From Bacillota bacterium (GTDB lineage Bacteria; Bacillota; Clostridia; Lachnospirales; Lachnospiraceae), in contig JAUNDN010000007.1 in NCBI GenBank assembly GCA_030526045.1, positions 49,193 through 81,192 of the forward strand: a DNA stretch of 32,000 nt. The letters run 5' to 3'. The notes below the pieces were generated by a model. That model was given only the letters and a program-made list of their open reading frames with translations, was not told the origin of the DNA and did not search any database. Shown here piece after piece: positions 19,215 to 27,654 of this stretch (positions within the stretch are counted from its first letter, which is position 1; every line of letters begins with the position of its first letter). Both the position numbers and the translations under genes were made by a program.

Positions 19215-19847
19215 TCAGGACTCATCGAAAGAAAAGTGAATACGGTTTAAAAAGAACTGAGCAACGGGACCAACCAAAAAGGCACAGATGATGGTGCCGA
19301 TGCCGAAAACGCCACCAAGCAGAAAGCCTGTTACAACAAAGCAAATATCCACAATGACACGAATGATCCCAAAGGGCTTATGAAGCTTATCGGCAGCTAC
19401 AATTGCCACCAGATCGTTAGGACCGGTTCCCGCTTCCGAGCGTATGACAATGGTCATACCGAGAGCTAAGATGATGCAGCCGGCAACAAGAAGGATCAGA
19501 CGGAGCGGAAGCGCAAGCCTGTCGTTGATAAAGCCGCCAAGAAGCCATGTGAAAAAGTCAATGATCGGACCACCGAAAAACATACAGATGATGGTTCCGA
19601 TGCGGATATAGCTTTTATCGACAACGAGAAGAACAAGAATGATCAGAAAGCAGATCAACATGTGAGTTCTTCCGTGAGTAATCGGCAGACCGGCAGGCCA
19701 GGGGATACTGCGGAATAATCCCTGAATGAAGACATTGAATGGATCAGAACCTAGATTGGTCTGAATAAACAGGGTGACCCCCAGGTGGGCAATGATCAGA
19801 CCAATCAGTAATATGACAATTTTTTTTATAAAAAGTTTCGTTTTCAT
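19215..19847 (-). CDS. YczE/YitT-like integral membrane protein
   Basis: About 210 aa with 6 TM helices. N-terminal LGVTLFIQTNLGSDPFNV is typical of the YczE family. ATG 19847 chosen. The track start at 19904 adds 19 unlikely residues. Confidence 0.55.
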   Translation of the reverse strand: MKTKLFIKKIVILLIGLIIAHLGVTLFIQTNLGSDPFNVFIQGLFRSIPWPAGLPITHGRTHMLICFLIILVLLVVDKSYIRIGTIICMFFGGPIIDFFTWLLGGFINDRLALPLRLILLVAGCIILALGMTIVIRSEAGTGPNDLVAIVAADKLHKPFGIIRVIVDICFVVTGFLLGGVFGIGTIICAFLVGPVAQFFLNRIHFSFDES

Positions 19848-19949
19848 CTTTTGCACTATCCTTTTTATGAGAGTTATATATTGATTATATAATAGGAAGA
19901 GCATTGTTACAAACGAAAATATAGATTGGTTAATTATGTGGAGGCTTTT

Positions 19950-21551
19950 ATGAGAGGAAGAGGGATAGTAACAGCATGTGTCATAATGCTAGCCGGAGTT
20001 CTGGCTTTGCAGGGGTGCGGCAGGAAAACACCTGCAGGTACCACAGAAGAAACGAGCAGAGAGCTAACGATGGAATCAGTTAAAACAACGAAAACAGAGG
20101 AAATATCGGATTTGCCGGAAGCAAAAACAACAGATGCTTCAGCTCCCTCATCCTCACCGACCGAACACGGTGATAATCCTACAGAAGAAAGTAATACGGA
20201 GTTACATAGAGAGCAAGATTCCCCAAAGGCTGAGTTGGCAACACCAAGGGCAGCAGGAGCCCTGCATGTGGAGGGTACCAGACTGGTGGATGATAACGGG
20301 AATCCCATTCAGCTAAGAGGGCTTAGTACCCACGGACTTGCTTGGTTCCCCGACTATATCAATGAGGAGTGCTTTCGGCAATTCCGTGAAGATTGGAATG
20401 TGAACGTGATCCGGCTTGCCATGTATACTGCAGAAGGTGGCGGATATTGTACGGACGGTAACAGGGAAAGATTGAAAACCCTGATTCAAAGCGGTGTGGA
20501 ATATGCTACAAACCAGGATATGTATGTCATTATCGATTGGCACACCTTGTCAGACAATAATCCTAACACGTACCTTGAAGAATCTAAGGATTTTTTTGAT
20601 GAAGTGTCCAAGGAATATAAGGACTATAACAATGTAATTTATGAAATCTGTAATGAGCCCAATGGAGGGACAAGCTGGAGTGATGTCAAATCCTATGCCG
20701 TGAAAGTGATTGAGACAATAAGGGCCAATGATGATGACGGAATCATTCTGGTGGGAACCCCTAACTGGTCTCAGTATGTGGACCAGGCAGCAGCAGATCC
20801 CATTACCGGCTATGACAATATCATGTATACCCTGCATTTTTATGCTGCCACCCATACCGATTGGCTGAGGGAGGGCATGAAGTCTGCTATTGTTGCCGGA
20901 TTGCCGATTTTTGTGTCTGAGTTTGGTATTTGTGATGCCAGCGGAAACGGTGCGATAGATGAATATCAGGCGGAGCAATGGATAAATGTCTTGGATGACT
21001 ATGGAGTCAGTTATGTGGCATGGAATATCTCCAACAAGAATGAGACCTCTGCGATATTTAACAGCAGCTGTAAAAAGGTGTCCGGGTTCTCGGAGAGTGA
21101 TTTAAGCGCATCCGGAAAATGGCTTTATCATATGCTTATCGGAAAAGAGGATGTGATACTTGACGGAAAAGAGGATGTGGAATCTGCCGGAAATGAGAAA
21201 AAACAGGACGGTGACGTAGCTTCAAATGATTTGACAGCAGAATTGAACAGAGAGTCTCTTTCTGTGAAAGTGCAGGTTAAGAACAGCTGGGAGTCGGAGG
21301 GAAAGGCATTTTACCAATATGATTTGACAATAGAAAATACCTCAGGCAGTAATTGTGACAGCTGGGAAATTGACTTGCTCTTTAACGGTGACATTGCGCT
21401 TTCAGACGGATGGAACGGAGAATACAGCGTGGACGGCAGTGCTTTGCACATTACCTGCAAGGACTATAACGGTAATATTGATGCCGGTGAAAGTATAAAG
21501 GATATTGGCTTTATCGTCAGCGGGAAGAAGGATTTGAAGGTTGTTGAGTAA
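19950..21551 (+). CDS. Lipoprotein endoglucanase, glycoside hydrolase family 5 with C-terminal CBM2-like module
   Basis: Signal peptide plus lipobox (LALQGC), then a T/E/S/P linker. The GH5 core has acid/base NEP (EICNEPNG) and nucleophile Glu (FVSEFG). The C-terminal 100 aa follow a CBM2-like W/N/G pattern. Confidence 0.85.
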   Translation: MRGRGIVTACVIMLAGVLALQGCGRKTPAGTTEETSRELTMESVKTTKTEEISDLPEAKTTDASAPSSSPTEHGDNPTEESNTELHREQDSPKAELATPRAAGALHVEGTRLVDDNGNPIQLRGLSTHGLAWFPDYINEECFRQFREDWNVNVIRLAMYTAEGGGYCTDGNRERLKTLIQSGVEYATNQDMYVIIDWHTLSDNNPNTYLEESKDFFDEVSKEYKDYNNVIYEICNEPNGGTSWSDVKSYAVKVIETIRANDDDGIILVGTPNWSQYVDQAAADPITGYDNIMYTLHFYAATHTDWLREGMKSAIVAGLPIFVSEFGICDASGNGAIDEYQAEQWINVLDDYGVSYVAWNISNKNETSAIFNSSCKKVSGFSESDLSASGKWLYHMLIGKEDVILDGKEDVESAGNEKKQDGDVASNDLTAELNRESLSVKVQVKNSWESEGKAFYQYDLTIENTSGSNCDSWEIDLLFNGDIALSDGWNGEYSVDGSALHITCKDYNGNIDAGESIKDIGFIVSGKKDLKVVE

Positions 21552-21675
21552 GGGCAATTTAAAATGGTAGTCGGATGGTTGGCATTTCATGAAGAGGAAG
21601 CATATAAGGCATGGAATTTAGCTGTCAGAGGCGAGCATTTTGACAAAATTGCTCCTATGTAAGGAGGTGCTATTG

Positions 21676-21984
21676 ATGTATATTATTGATGATGTGTGTT
21701 ATGCAGGTGAAGCAGTATCAGATATTAAGGTGAAAGAGGCTACAGTGCTGAGAGGCAGTATGCTTCTGATTACATTTTCCACAGGAGAACAAAGACTATT
21801 TGACGCTACATTATTAACAGGCTCGGCATTTGAACCCTTAAAAGATGAAAAGACGCTGGCAGATTTTACAATTTTTCATGGCGTTATGACATGGATGAAT
21901 GGTGAGGTTGATATTGCGCCGGAAACTATGTATGCAGACAGCTATCCATATACATCCAGGAATGTAGGTGTTGCAGTTGGATAG
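21676..21984 (+). CDS. DUF2442 domain protein
   Basis: ATG 21676 follows AAGGAGG (21661-21667). The sequence pattern (LLITFSTGEQRLFD...WMNGEVDIAPETMY) is typical of DUF2442. Confidence 0.7.
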   Translation: MYIIDDVCYAGEAVSDIKVKEATVLRGSMLLITFSTGEQRLFDATLLTGSAFEPLKDEKTLADFTIFHGVMTWMNGEVDIAPETMYADSYPYTSRNVGVAVG

Positions 21985-22003
21985 TAAAGATGGATATTTC
22001 ATA

Positions 22004-22032
22004 TTGACAATGCAAATCACTACTGATAGAAT
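22004..22032 (+). promoter_or_regulatory. Strong sigma-A promoter (extended -10) upstream of the MetRS-paralog leader
   Basis: TTGACA (22004-22009), 17-nt spacer ending in TGA, TAGAAT (22027-22032). Confidence 0.6.
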
Positions 22033-22058
22033 TACACAAACAAAGGAAGGATAGGTCC

Positions 22059-22151
22059 ATGATTAAATTATCAATCAGCATGAACAAAATGATCCAGCGA
22101 CAGCAGCTTATTGTTAAAACTGACAATGGGCTTTTTGTGTTGTGTTCATAA
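22059..22151 (+). CDS. Possible 30-codon leader ORF (MIKLSISMNKMIQRQQLIVKTDNGLFVLCS)
   Basis: ATG is preceded by AAGGAAGGA. The ORF lies between the promoter and the leader terminator. Three Met codons occur in the first 11 codons. Whether it is translated is unproven. Confidence 0.25.
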   Translation: MIKLSISMNKMIQRQQLIVKTDNGLFVLCS

Positions 22152-22180
22152 CAAGTATCTTTCTCTAGTTAATCTGAACC

Positions 22181-22225
22181 AAACGGTCGAAAGCTCAATG
22201 CGAGTTTTTGACCGTTTTTTATTTG
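22181..22225 (+). terminator. Intrinsic terminator inside the leader (attenuator candidate)
   Basis: AAACGGTC (22181-22188) pairs with GACCGTTT (22210-22217), followed by TTTTTATTT. It sits 33 nt upstream of the MetRS-paralog start, with no promoter-like sequence in between. Confidence 0.65.
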
Positions 22226-22257
22226 TCGATTTTGTTAACTTGGAAAGGAGGTGTACC

Positions 22258-24333
22258 ATGCCGGAACAGTCAGAGCTTCCCCAGCAGCAAGGAAAGCAAG
22301 AAATAATCATAGAAAATGGAAGAAAGGAACAAACGTATATGATATGTAAACGATTAACATCAAATGAACGCCCGGTATTTCCTAAAAGGGCAATTATTAC
22401 GGCAGGTATGCCTTACGGAAATAAGAACCTGCATTTTGGACATGTAGGTGGTATGTTTATACATGCTGATATTTTTGCAAGATTTTTAAGAGACAGAATT
22501 GGAAAGGAGAATGTTATTTTTCTTTCCGGAACTGACTGCTATGGTTCGCCTATTTTGGAAAGCTATCGTAAGCTGCAGGAAGTGGGATATGAAGGCTCTT
22601 TGGAAGATTATGTGCGTGGTAATCACGAGAGACAGAAGAAAACTTTGGAAAACTATGGTATTAGTTTAGACTTTTTCGGTGCGTCAGCTTTAGGAGAGGC
22701 AGGGACGATTCATAAACGTGTATCTGCCAAAGTATTCCGAACTTTATATGAGAATGGATACATTCAGAAATTATCTGTGCCACAGTTTTATGATGAAGAA
22801 AAGAAGATGTTTTTGAACGGAAGACAGGTAATAGGGAAATGTCCGATACCGGGATGCACATCAGATAAAGCATATGCAGATGAATGCTCACTGGGACATC
22901 AGTTTTTGCCTTCTGAACTTATAGATCCTATCAGTTGCCTGTCAAATAAAAAGCCTGTTCTTAAAGATGTAGAGAACTGGTATTTTGACTTAGAGCATTG
23001 CGTCGATATGGTAAAGGCGTATAATGATTTTCTGCGCAAAAATACAAACACCCGTAAGTATCAGTTAGAAACTGTAGAAGAATTTTTGAAGAAGCCTTTA
23101 CTATATGTGCCTAGAAAATATATAGATGATTTGGAAAAGTTAATTGCAAAATTCCCCCCTCATAAACTGACTGATGAGGAGAAGAAACCTTCTGTTGTCT
23201 TTGAATTTGAAAATCTGGATGACAGAGACAAGGCGAAAAGTGTTTTGGACGCAGAAAATATTCATTATACTTCCGGAAAGACGTTGGTTCCGTTTCGTCT
23301 GTCCGGCAACGTAGAATGGGGAGTGCCTTTTCCTGAATGTGAGGATTTAAAAGACTTGACATTCTGGGTGTGGCCGGAGTCATTATGGGCACCAATTTCC
23401 TTTACTTTAGCATATTTGAGAGAGAAGGAAAAAGAAGATGATTTGTCCAAGTGGTGGTATGATGATGAATCTGAGGTTTATCAGTTTATTGGAGAAGATA
23501 ATATTTATTTCTATGCGATTGCTCAGACCGGATTATTTACGGGATTACAGGTCCCTAAAGGGGAAGTGCCGAATATGGAAAAGGTACACCTATCGCATAT
23601 TATTGCTAATCGCCATTTACTGTATATGGATACAAAAGCCAGTAGCAGTTCAAAAATTAAGCCACCTACGGCAGATGAGTTGCTTGACTATTATACCAAG
23701 GATCAGCTGCGAATGCATTTTATGAGTTTAGGGCTGTCTTCAAAAAGTGTGGGCTTTAAACCACAGGTGTTTATGAAAGAGGAAGAACGTGTTGGTGTTG
23801 ATATGGTTTTGAAAGATGGCAATTTAATTACCAATGTGTTTAATCGCCTGATTCGTACCTGCTTTTATGCTATTCAGAATAATTGTGATGGTAAAATCCC
23901 TGAGAGAGAAATCAGCGATGAAATAAATTCTTTGGCAGAAAAAGCAGTGCTTGAATATGAGCGTCATATGTATAACCATGAGTTTCATCGAATTTCATAT
24001 GCTTTAGATGACTTTATACGGCAGGTAAACAAGTATTGGGTAAACAATGTAAAGACAGCGGATGCAACAGGCGATATGGAATTTAGAAAGCAGCTTATTT
24101 CTGATTGCTTTTATGCTTGTAAGATTATGGCGATTTTAGTTCATCCGATTGCACCGGAAGGGTGTGAAATGTTTAGAGAATATCTAAATGTGGGAGAAGA
24201 ATTGTGGGATTGGAATCATATTTTTGAGCCTATTTCATTTTATGTTGAAGATGTAGAGAAACATAAATTGAAGTATCTGGAACCAAGAGTGGATTTCTTT
24301 AAGAAACATGATTGCCAGTTGGCGGCAATGTAG
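22258..24333 (+). CDS. Class I aminoacyl-tRNA-ligase family protein, MetRS paralog with degenerate KMSKS
   Basis: ATG 22258 follows AAGGAGG. Features shared with MetRS:
- PYGNKNLHFGH (HIGH-type HFGH at 22432-22443).
- Single Cys knuckle CPIPGC...C..GH.
- MetRS-like blocks WYFDL and FIGEDNIYFY.
The position of KMSKS reads KASSS (23635-23649). Confidence 0.8.
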   Translation: MPEQSELPQQQGKQEIIIENGRKEQTYMICKRLTSNERPVFPKRAIITAGMPYGNKNLHFGHVGGMFIHADIFARFLRDRIGKENVIFLSGTDCYGSPILESYRKLQEVGYEGSLEDYVRGNHERQKKTLENYGISLDFFGASALGEAGTIHKRVSAKVFRTLYENGYIQKLSVPQFYDEEKKMFLNGRQVIGKCPIPGCTSDKAYADECSLGHQFLPSELIDPISCLSNKKPVLKDVENWYFDLEHCVDMVKAYNDFLRKNTNTRKYQLETVEEFLKKPLLYVPRKYIDDLEKLIAKFPPHKLTDEEKKPSVVFEFENLDDRDKAKSVLDAENIHYTSGKTLVPFRLSGNVEWGVPFPECEDLKDLTFWVWPESLWAPISFTLAYLREKEKEDDLSKWWYDDESEVYQFIGEDNIYFYAIAQTGLFTGLQVPKGEVPNMEKVHLSHIIANRHLLYMDTKASSSSKIKPPTADELLDYYTKDQLRMHFMSLGLSSKSVGFKPQVFMKEEERVGVDMVLKDGNLITNVFNRLIRTCFYAIQNNCDGKIPEREISDEINSLAEKAVLEYERHMYNHEFHRISYALDDFIRQVNKYWVNNVKTADATGDMEFRKQLISDCFYACKIMAILVHPIAPEGCEMFREYLNVGEELWDWNHIFEPISFYVEDVEKHKLKYLEPRVDFFKKHDCQLAAM

Positions 24334-24407
24334 TTTTTGCGATTTTAATCCACAAAAATATGCAACTTTACAACAAAGACAGTACAATCAGGGAATGCGG
24401 AATTGGT

Positions 24408-24435
24408 TGACAAAGGAGTGCCGCATGTTAGAATA
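24408..24435 (+). promoter_or_regulatory. Sigma-A promoter (extended -10) for the hybrid kinase gene
   Basis: TTGACA (24408-24413), 16-nt spacer ending in TGT, TAGAAT (24430-24435). Confidence 0.55.
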
Positions 24436-24533
24436 GAAACAAAGTAGATGACACAGAAAATGAATTGTGTTCCGGCAAATCCCTTCTATGAAAATGTTTG
24501 ATTATGTGGGCTTTGTAAAGTGGAGGTAGGCCT

Positions 24534-26876
24534 ATGGCATTAAAATATAATATTAGTTATGAAGTAGCATCTACAATTTTTTTGGTTATCCTGCTTTGTT
24601 TTTTTAAATTGCAGTACGATACAAATTCCAGACTGAATAATGAATTTAGAAAACTAATATGGTTTGGATTAATTGCAACGATATTGGACGTGATAACAGC
24701 CATTACCATCAGTTATGCAAGTGTGATTCCGGCAGGAGTGAATACTATACTGAATACTGTGTATTTCATGTCTGTTGCGATATTAGGATATCAGCTTGTA
24801 TACTATAATTACCTTTATGTGTACAAAAATACCAAGACAAGTAAGATTATTCGATTTAATCAGATTGTAGTTGGTTTATTTGCTGTATTTCTGATTATTA
24901 ACGTATTTAGCGGAATCGCATTTTCTTTTAGTGAAGATGGGGAGTATGTGAAGGGACCTGCACATTGGGTTGTCTATATTTCTGCAGCTTATTTTGTCCT
25001 TTGTTCTTCGGTGATCATGATTTGCAATTTGAGAAAATTTCGGATATGGCAGAGAATTTCTATCTCTTCCTTTGTGTTGCTTCAGGTTTCCGGCATAGTT
25101 CTTCAGATGGTGTTTTTCCCGGATACCCTTCTGGCACTTTTTATGAGTGCCCTGGGAGTTATGATGATACTCTTTACGGTGGAGACACCTGATTATCAGA
25201 AGCTTGTAATTACAATTGATGAATTGAGCGCAACGAAGAAAATGGCAGAGGCGGCAAAGGAGGAGGCAGAAAAAGCTAAAGAGATTGCGCAGCAGGCGAA
25301 TCGTGCAAAGTCAGACTTTTTAGCTAATATGAGTCATGAAATACGAACACCGATTAATGCGGTGTTGGGTATGGATGAGATGATTTTAAAGGAGAGCACC
25401 AACCCGCAGATATCGGAGTACGCTTTAAATATCAAACAGGCAGGAAGTATGTTACTTTCTCTGATAAATGATATACTTGATTTTTCTAAAATAGAGAGCG
25501 GCAAGATGGATGTTGTTCCGGTTGACTATGATTTTGGAATTTTACTGGGTGATACGATAGATATGATTCGGTCCAAAGCAGAAAATAAAAATCTGCAGAT
25601 TGAATTAAACATTGAATCCGGTACTCCGGTGCATCTGCATGGAGATGAAGTAAGAATCAGACAGATTATTACCAATATTCTTACAAATGCTGTTAAATAC
25701 ACACCGGAGGGAAAAATAACAATTACGGTATCCGGAAAGAAAGTCTCAGAGAAAGCGGTACAATTGTATGTATCCGTCAAGGATACCGGTATCGGAATTA
25801 AGAAAGAGGATATGGCACGGTTGGTTAATCCCTTCCAGCGTGTAGATGAAAGCAGAAACCGGAATATTGAAGGAACCGGTCTTGGACTTTCCATTACCAT
25901 GTGTCTGTTGAATTTGATGGGTAGTCGCCTGGAAGTGGAAAGTACCTATGGGGAGGGCTCTGACTTTTATTTTTATTTGGAACAGGAACAGCTGGATGAT
26001 GAGATCCTCGGAGAAGATATACAAAAATATTGTGAAAAAGTAAGAGGTGAGATTAGTGTTTCTACGGAGCAGTTCTATGCTCCTGATGCCAAAATTCTTG
26101 TTGTGGATGATAATGAGATGAATCTTAAAGTCTTTTTAGGATTACTTAAAAATCATGGTATGCAGATTGACACTGCAATGAGTGGAAAAGAATGCCTTGC
26201 ACGAATTGAGCAAAATGCATATCACATAATCTTTATGGATCATCTGATGCCGGAGATGGATGGTGTGGAGACATTAAGGCGGATCAGGAAACTGAAAACA
26301 AATCAAAGTAAGGATGCAGTTATTGTTGCTTTGACCGCTAACGCAGTTTCCGGGGCAAGGGAAATGTTTTTGGAAGAGGGATTTGATGATTATCTTTCAA
26401 AACCAATTATTGCGATAAAACTTGAACAAATGATTCAAAAATATCTTCCGAAAGAGTTGTTAATGAAGAATGATTTGGAACAGAAGGAAGAAATCCCTGC
26501 CACACCCGGTGACACTGTGAGGAGTGCATCATCAGAAAAGGGTCTTGTGTATTGGGAAATGGGAAAAGCACTTTGCATGGAGGATGAGGAAATATACAGG
26601 GAGGTGCTGCAGGCGTTTTTAGAGTCTCCTTCTGCGATGGAGTTGAGACAGTATTATGAGGAGTCTGATTTTGATAATTATCGTATCAAGATCCATGCGA
26701 TGAAGACGAATCTGGCTAATGTCGGAGCCATGAGTGTATCGGATAGGGCAAAGCAGTTGGAACTTGCATTAGTAAATGAAAATAATGTATCCTATGTGCA
26801 GGAGAACCATGATGAATTTATGAAAGAATATGAGAGAGTGGTATCCGAAGTGAAGACATATATGGAAAGTAGATAA
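24534..26876 (+). CDS. Hybrid sensor histidine kinase / response regulator with C-terminal HPt domain
   Basis: 780 aa, with these modules in order:
- About 7 N-terminal TM helices, then a coiled coil.
- HisKA (FLANMSHEIRTP).
- HATPase N/G boxes (NAVKYT, DTGIGI, GTGLGL).
- REC (VDDNEMN...FMDHLMPEMDG...K).
- HPt (IHAMKTNLANVGA). Confidence 0.9.
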   Translation: MALKYNISYEVASTIFLVILLCFFKLQYDTNSRLNNEFRKLIWFGLIATILDVITAITISYASVIPAGVNTILNTVYFMSVAILGYQLVYYNYLYVYKNTKTSKIIRFNQIVVGLFAVFLIINVFSGIAFSFSEDGEYVKGPAHWVVYISAAYFVLCSSVIMICNLRKFRIWQRISISSFVLLQVSGIVLQMVFFPDTLLALFMSALGVMMILFTVETPDYQKLVITIDELSATKKMAEAAKEEAEKAKEIAQQANRAKSDFLANMSHEIRTPINAVLGMDEMILKESTNPQISEYALNIKQAGSMLLSLINDILDFSKIESGKMDVVPVDYDFGILLGDTIDMIRSKAENKNLQIELNIESGTPVHLHGDEVRIRQIITNILTNAVKYTPEGKITITVSGKKVSEKAVQLYVSVKDTGIGIKKEDMARLVNPFQRVDESRNRNIEGTGLGLSITMCLLNLMGSRLEVESTYGEGSDFYFYLEQEQLDDEILGEDIQKYCEKVRGEISVSTEQFYAPDAKILVVDDNEMNLKVFLGLLKNHGMQIDTAMSGKECLARIEQNAYHIIFMDHLMPEMDGVETLRRIRKLKTNQSKDAVIVALTANAVSGAREMFLEEGFDDYLSKPIIAIKLEQMIQKYLPKELLMKNDLEQKEEIPATPGDTVRSASSEKGLVYWEMGKALCMEDEEIYREVLQAFLESPSAMELRQYYEESDFDNYRIKIHAMKTNLANVGAMSVSDRAKQLELALVNENNVSYVQENHDEFMKEYERVVSEVKTYMESR

Positions 26877-26926
26877 CTGCTTCAAACAGTGGATATATCG
26901 TATGCCCCGCTTTGTTTACAGTCTGA

Positions 26927-26969
26927 CAGTTAGGTATATTTATTTGTTAATATACCTAACTGTTTTTTT
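26927..26969 (+). terminator. Rho-independent terminator after the kinase gene
   Basis: Perfect 13-bp stem: CAGTTAGGTATAT (26927-26939) pairs with ATATACCTAACTG (26950-26962). 10-nt loop, then T7. Confidence 0.85.
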
Positions 26970-27023
26970 GAGATGTCTAGGGAAACGGTTTCATAAGATT
27001 TACTCAAACTGGATATTATATTA

Positions 27024-27052
27024 TTGACGTTGGTTCGGTTGACCGATATACT
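27024..27052 (+). promoter_or_regulatory. Sigma-A promoter with palindromic operator in the spacer
   Basis: TTGACG (27024-27029), 17-nt spacer, TATACT (27047-27052). The palindrome TCGGT-TG-ACCGA (27035-27046) lies inside the spacer. Confidence 0.6.
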
Positions 27053-27072
27053 ATAAAAAGGAGGAAAAGCGG

Positions 27073-27654
27073 ATGATTGTAAATGATTTGCTTGAAAAAG
27101 AGAATATGTCGAGATATCGCTTAAGTAAAGAAAGCGGAGTCGCAATGACAACTATCACAGATATTTGTAACGGCAAAGCAGACCTTGATAAGTGTGCAGC
27201 TGGAACTTTATATAAGATTGCTAAGGTTCTTGGAGTGACTGTTGATTCAATATTGGAGAACAATAGCACGGACAGAACGGATTACAGATGCTCTTTTGAG
27301 ACATTTAAGAGCAATACTTGCCATCATGTGAAGGATATGGGTGATATAGATTTTATTATCGAAACGCTTGAGACGGATGAAATACGAAGGCTTTATGAGC
27401 GTAGATGGTATAGAGAAGCATTATATCTGTTGGCAATGATTGACTATTTATCCAGAATAAACAGTTTGCCTATTTGCACAAATTATAATGATATTCGTTC
27501 CAAGAAGCTTGAGAAACCATATTTTCCTGCGAGTGTAGTTGTGTCATATGCTGCAACCGGAGATGAAAGTATAAAAGAAAAAGCACTTGCGAACGCAATA
27601 CCAGAATTTTTACGATTTAATATCGTAGAGGGCGAGGTGCGAAATGTCTGCTGA
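27073..27654 (+). CDS. XRE-type HTH protein with uncharacterised about 130-aa C-terminal domain (candidate antitoxin/regulator)
   Basis: AAAGGAGG ribosome-binding site. N-terminal HTH (MSRYRLSKESGVAMTTITDICNGKADLDKCAAGTLYKIAKVLGVTVDSIL). 11-nt overlap with the downstream gene. Confidence 0.75.
   Translation: MIVNDLLEKENMSRYRLSKESGVAMTTITDICNGKADLDKCAAGTLYKIAKVLGVTVDSILENNSTDRTDYRCSFETFKSNTCHHVKDMGDIDFIIETLETDEIRRLYERRWYREALYLLAMIDYLSRINSLPICTNYNDIRSKKLEKPYFPASVVVSYAATGDESIKEKALANAIPEFLRFNIVEGEVRNVC

Noticed and set aside
22111-22257. N-terminal 49 codons of the MetRS-paralog ORF in the track
   Set aside because: The extension runs through the leader terminator. ATG 22258 has a strong AAGGAGG ribosome-binding site.
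22033-22257. T-box riboswitch upstream of the aaRS-like gene
   Set aside because: A T-box is expected for Firmicute aaRS genes. I could not find the conserved T-box sequence (GGUGGUACCGCG-like) or an antiterminator overlapping the terminator 5' arm. The GGAGGUGUACC near 22247 is just the ribosome-binding site downstream of the terminator.
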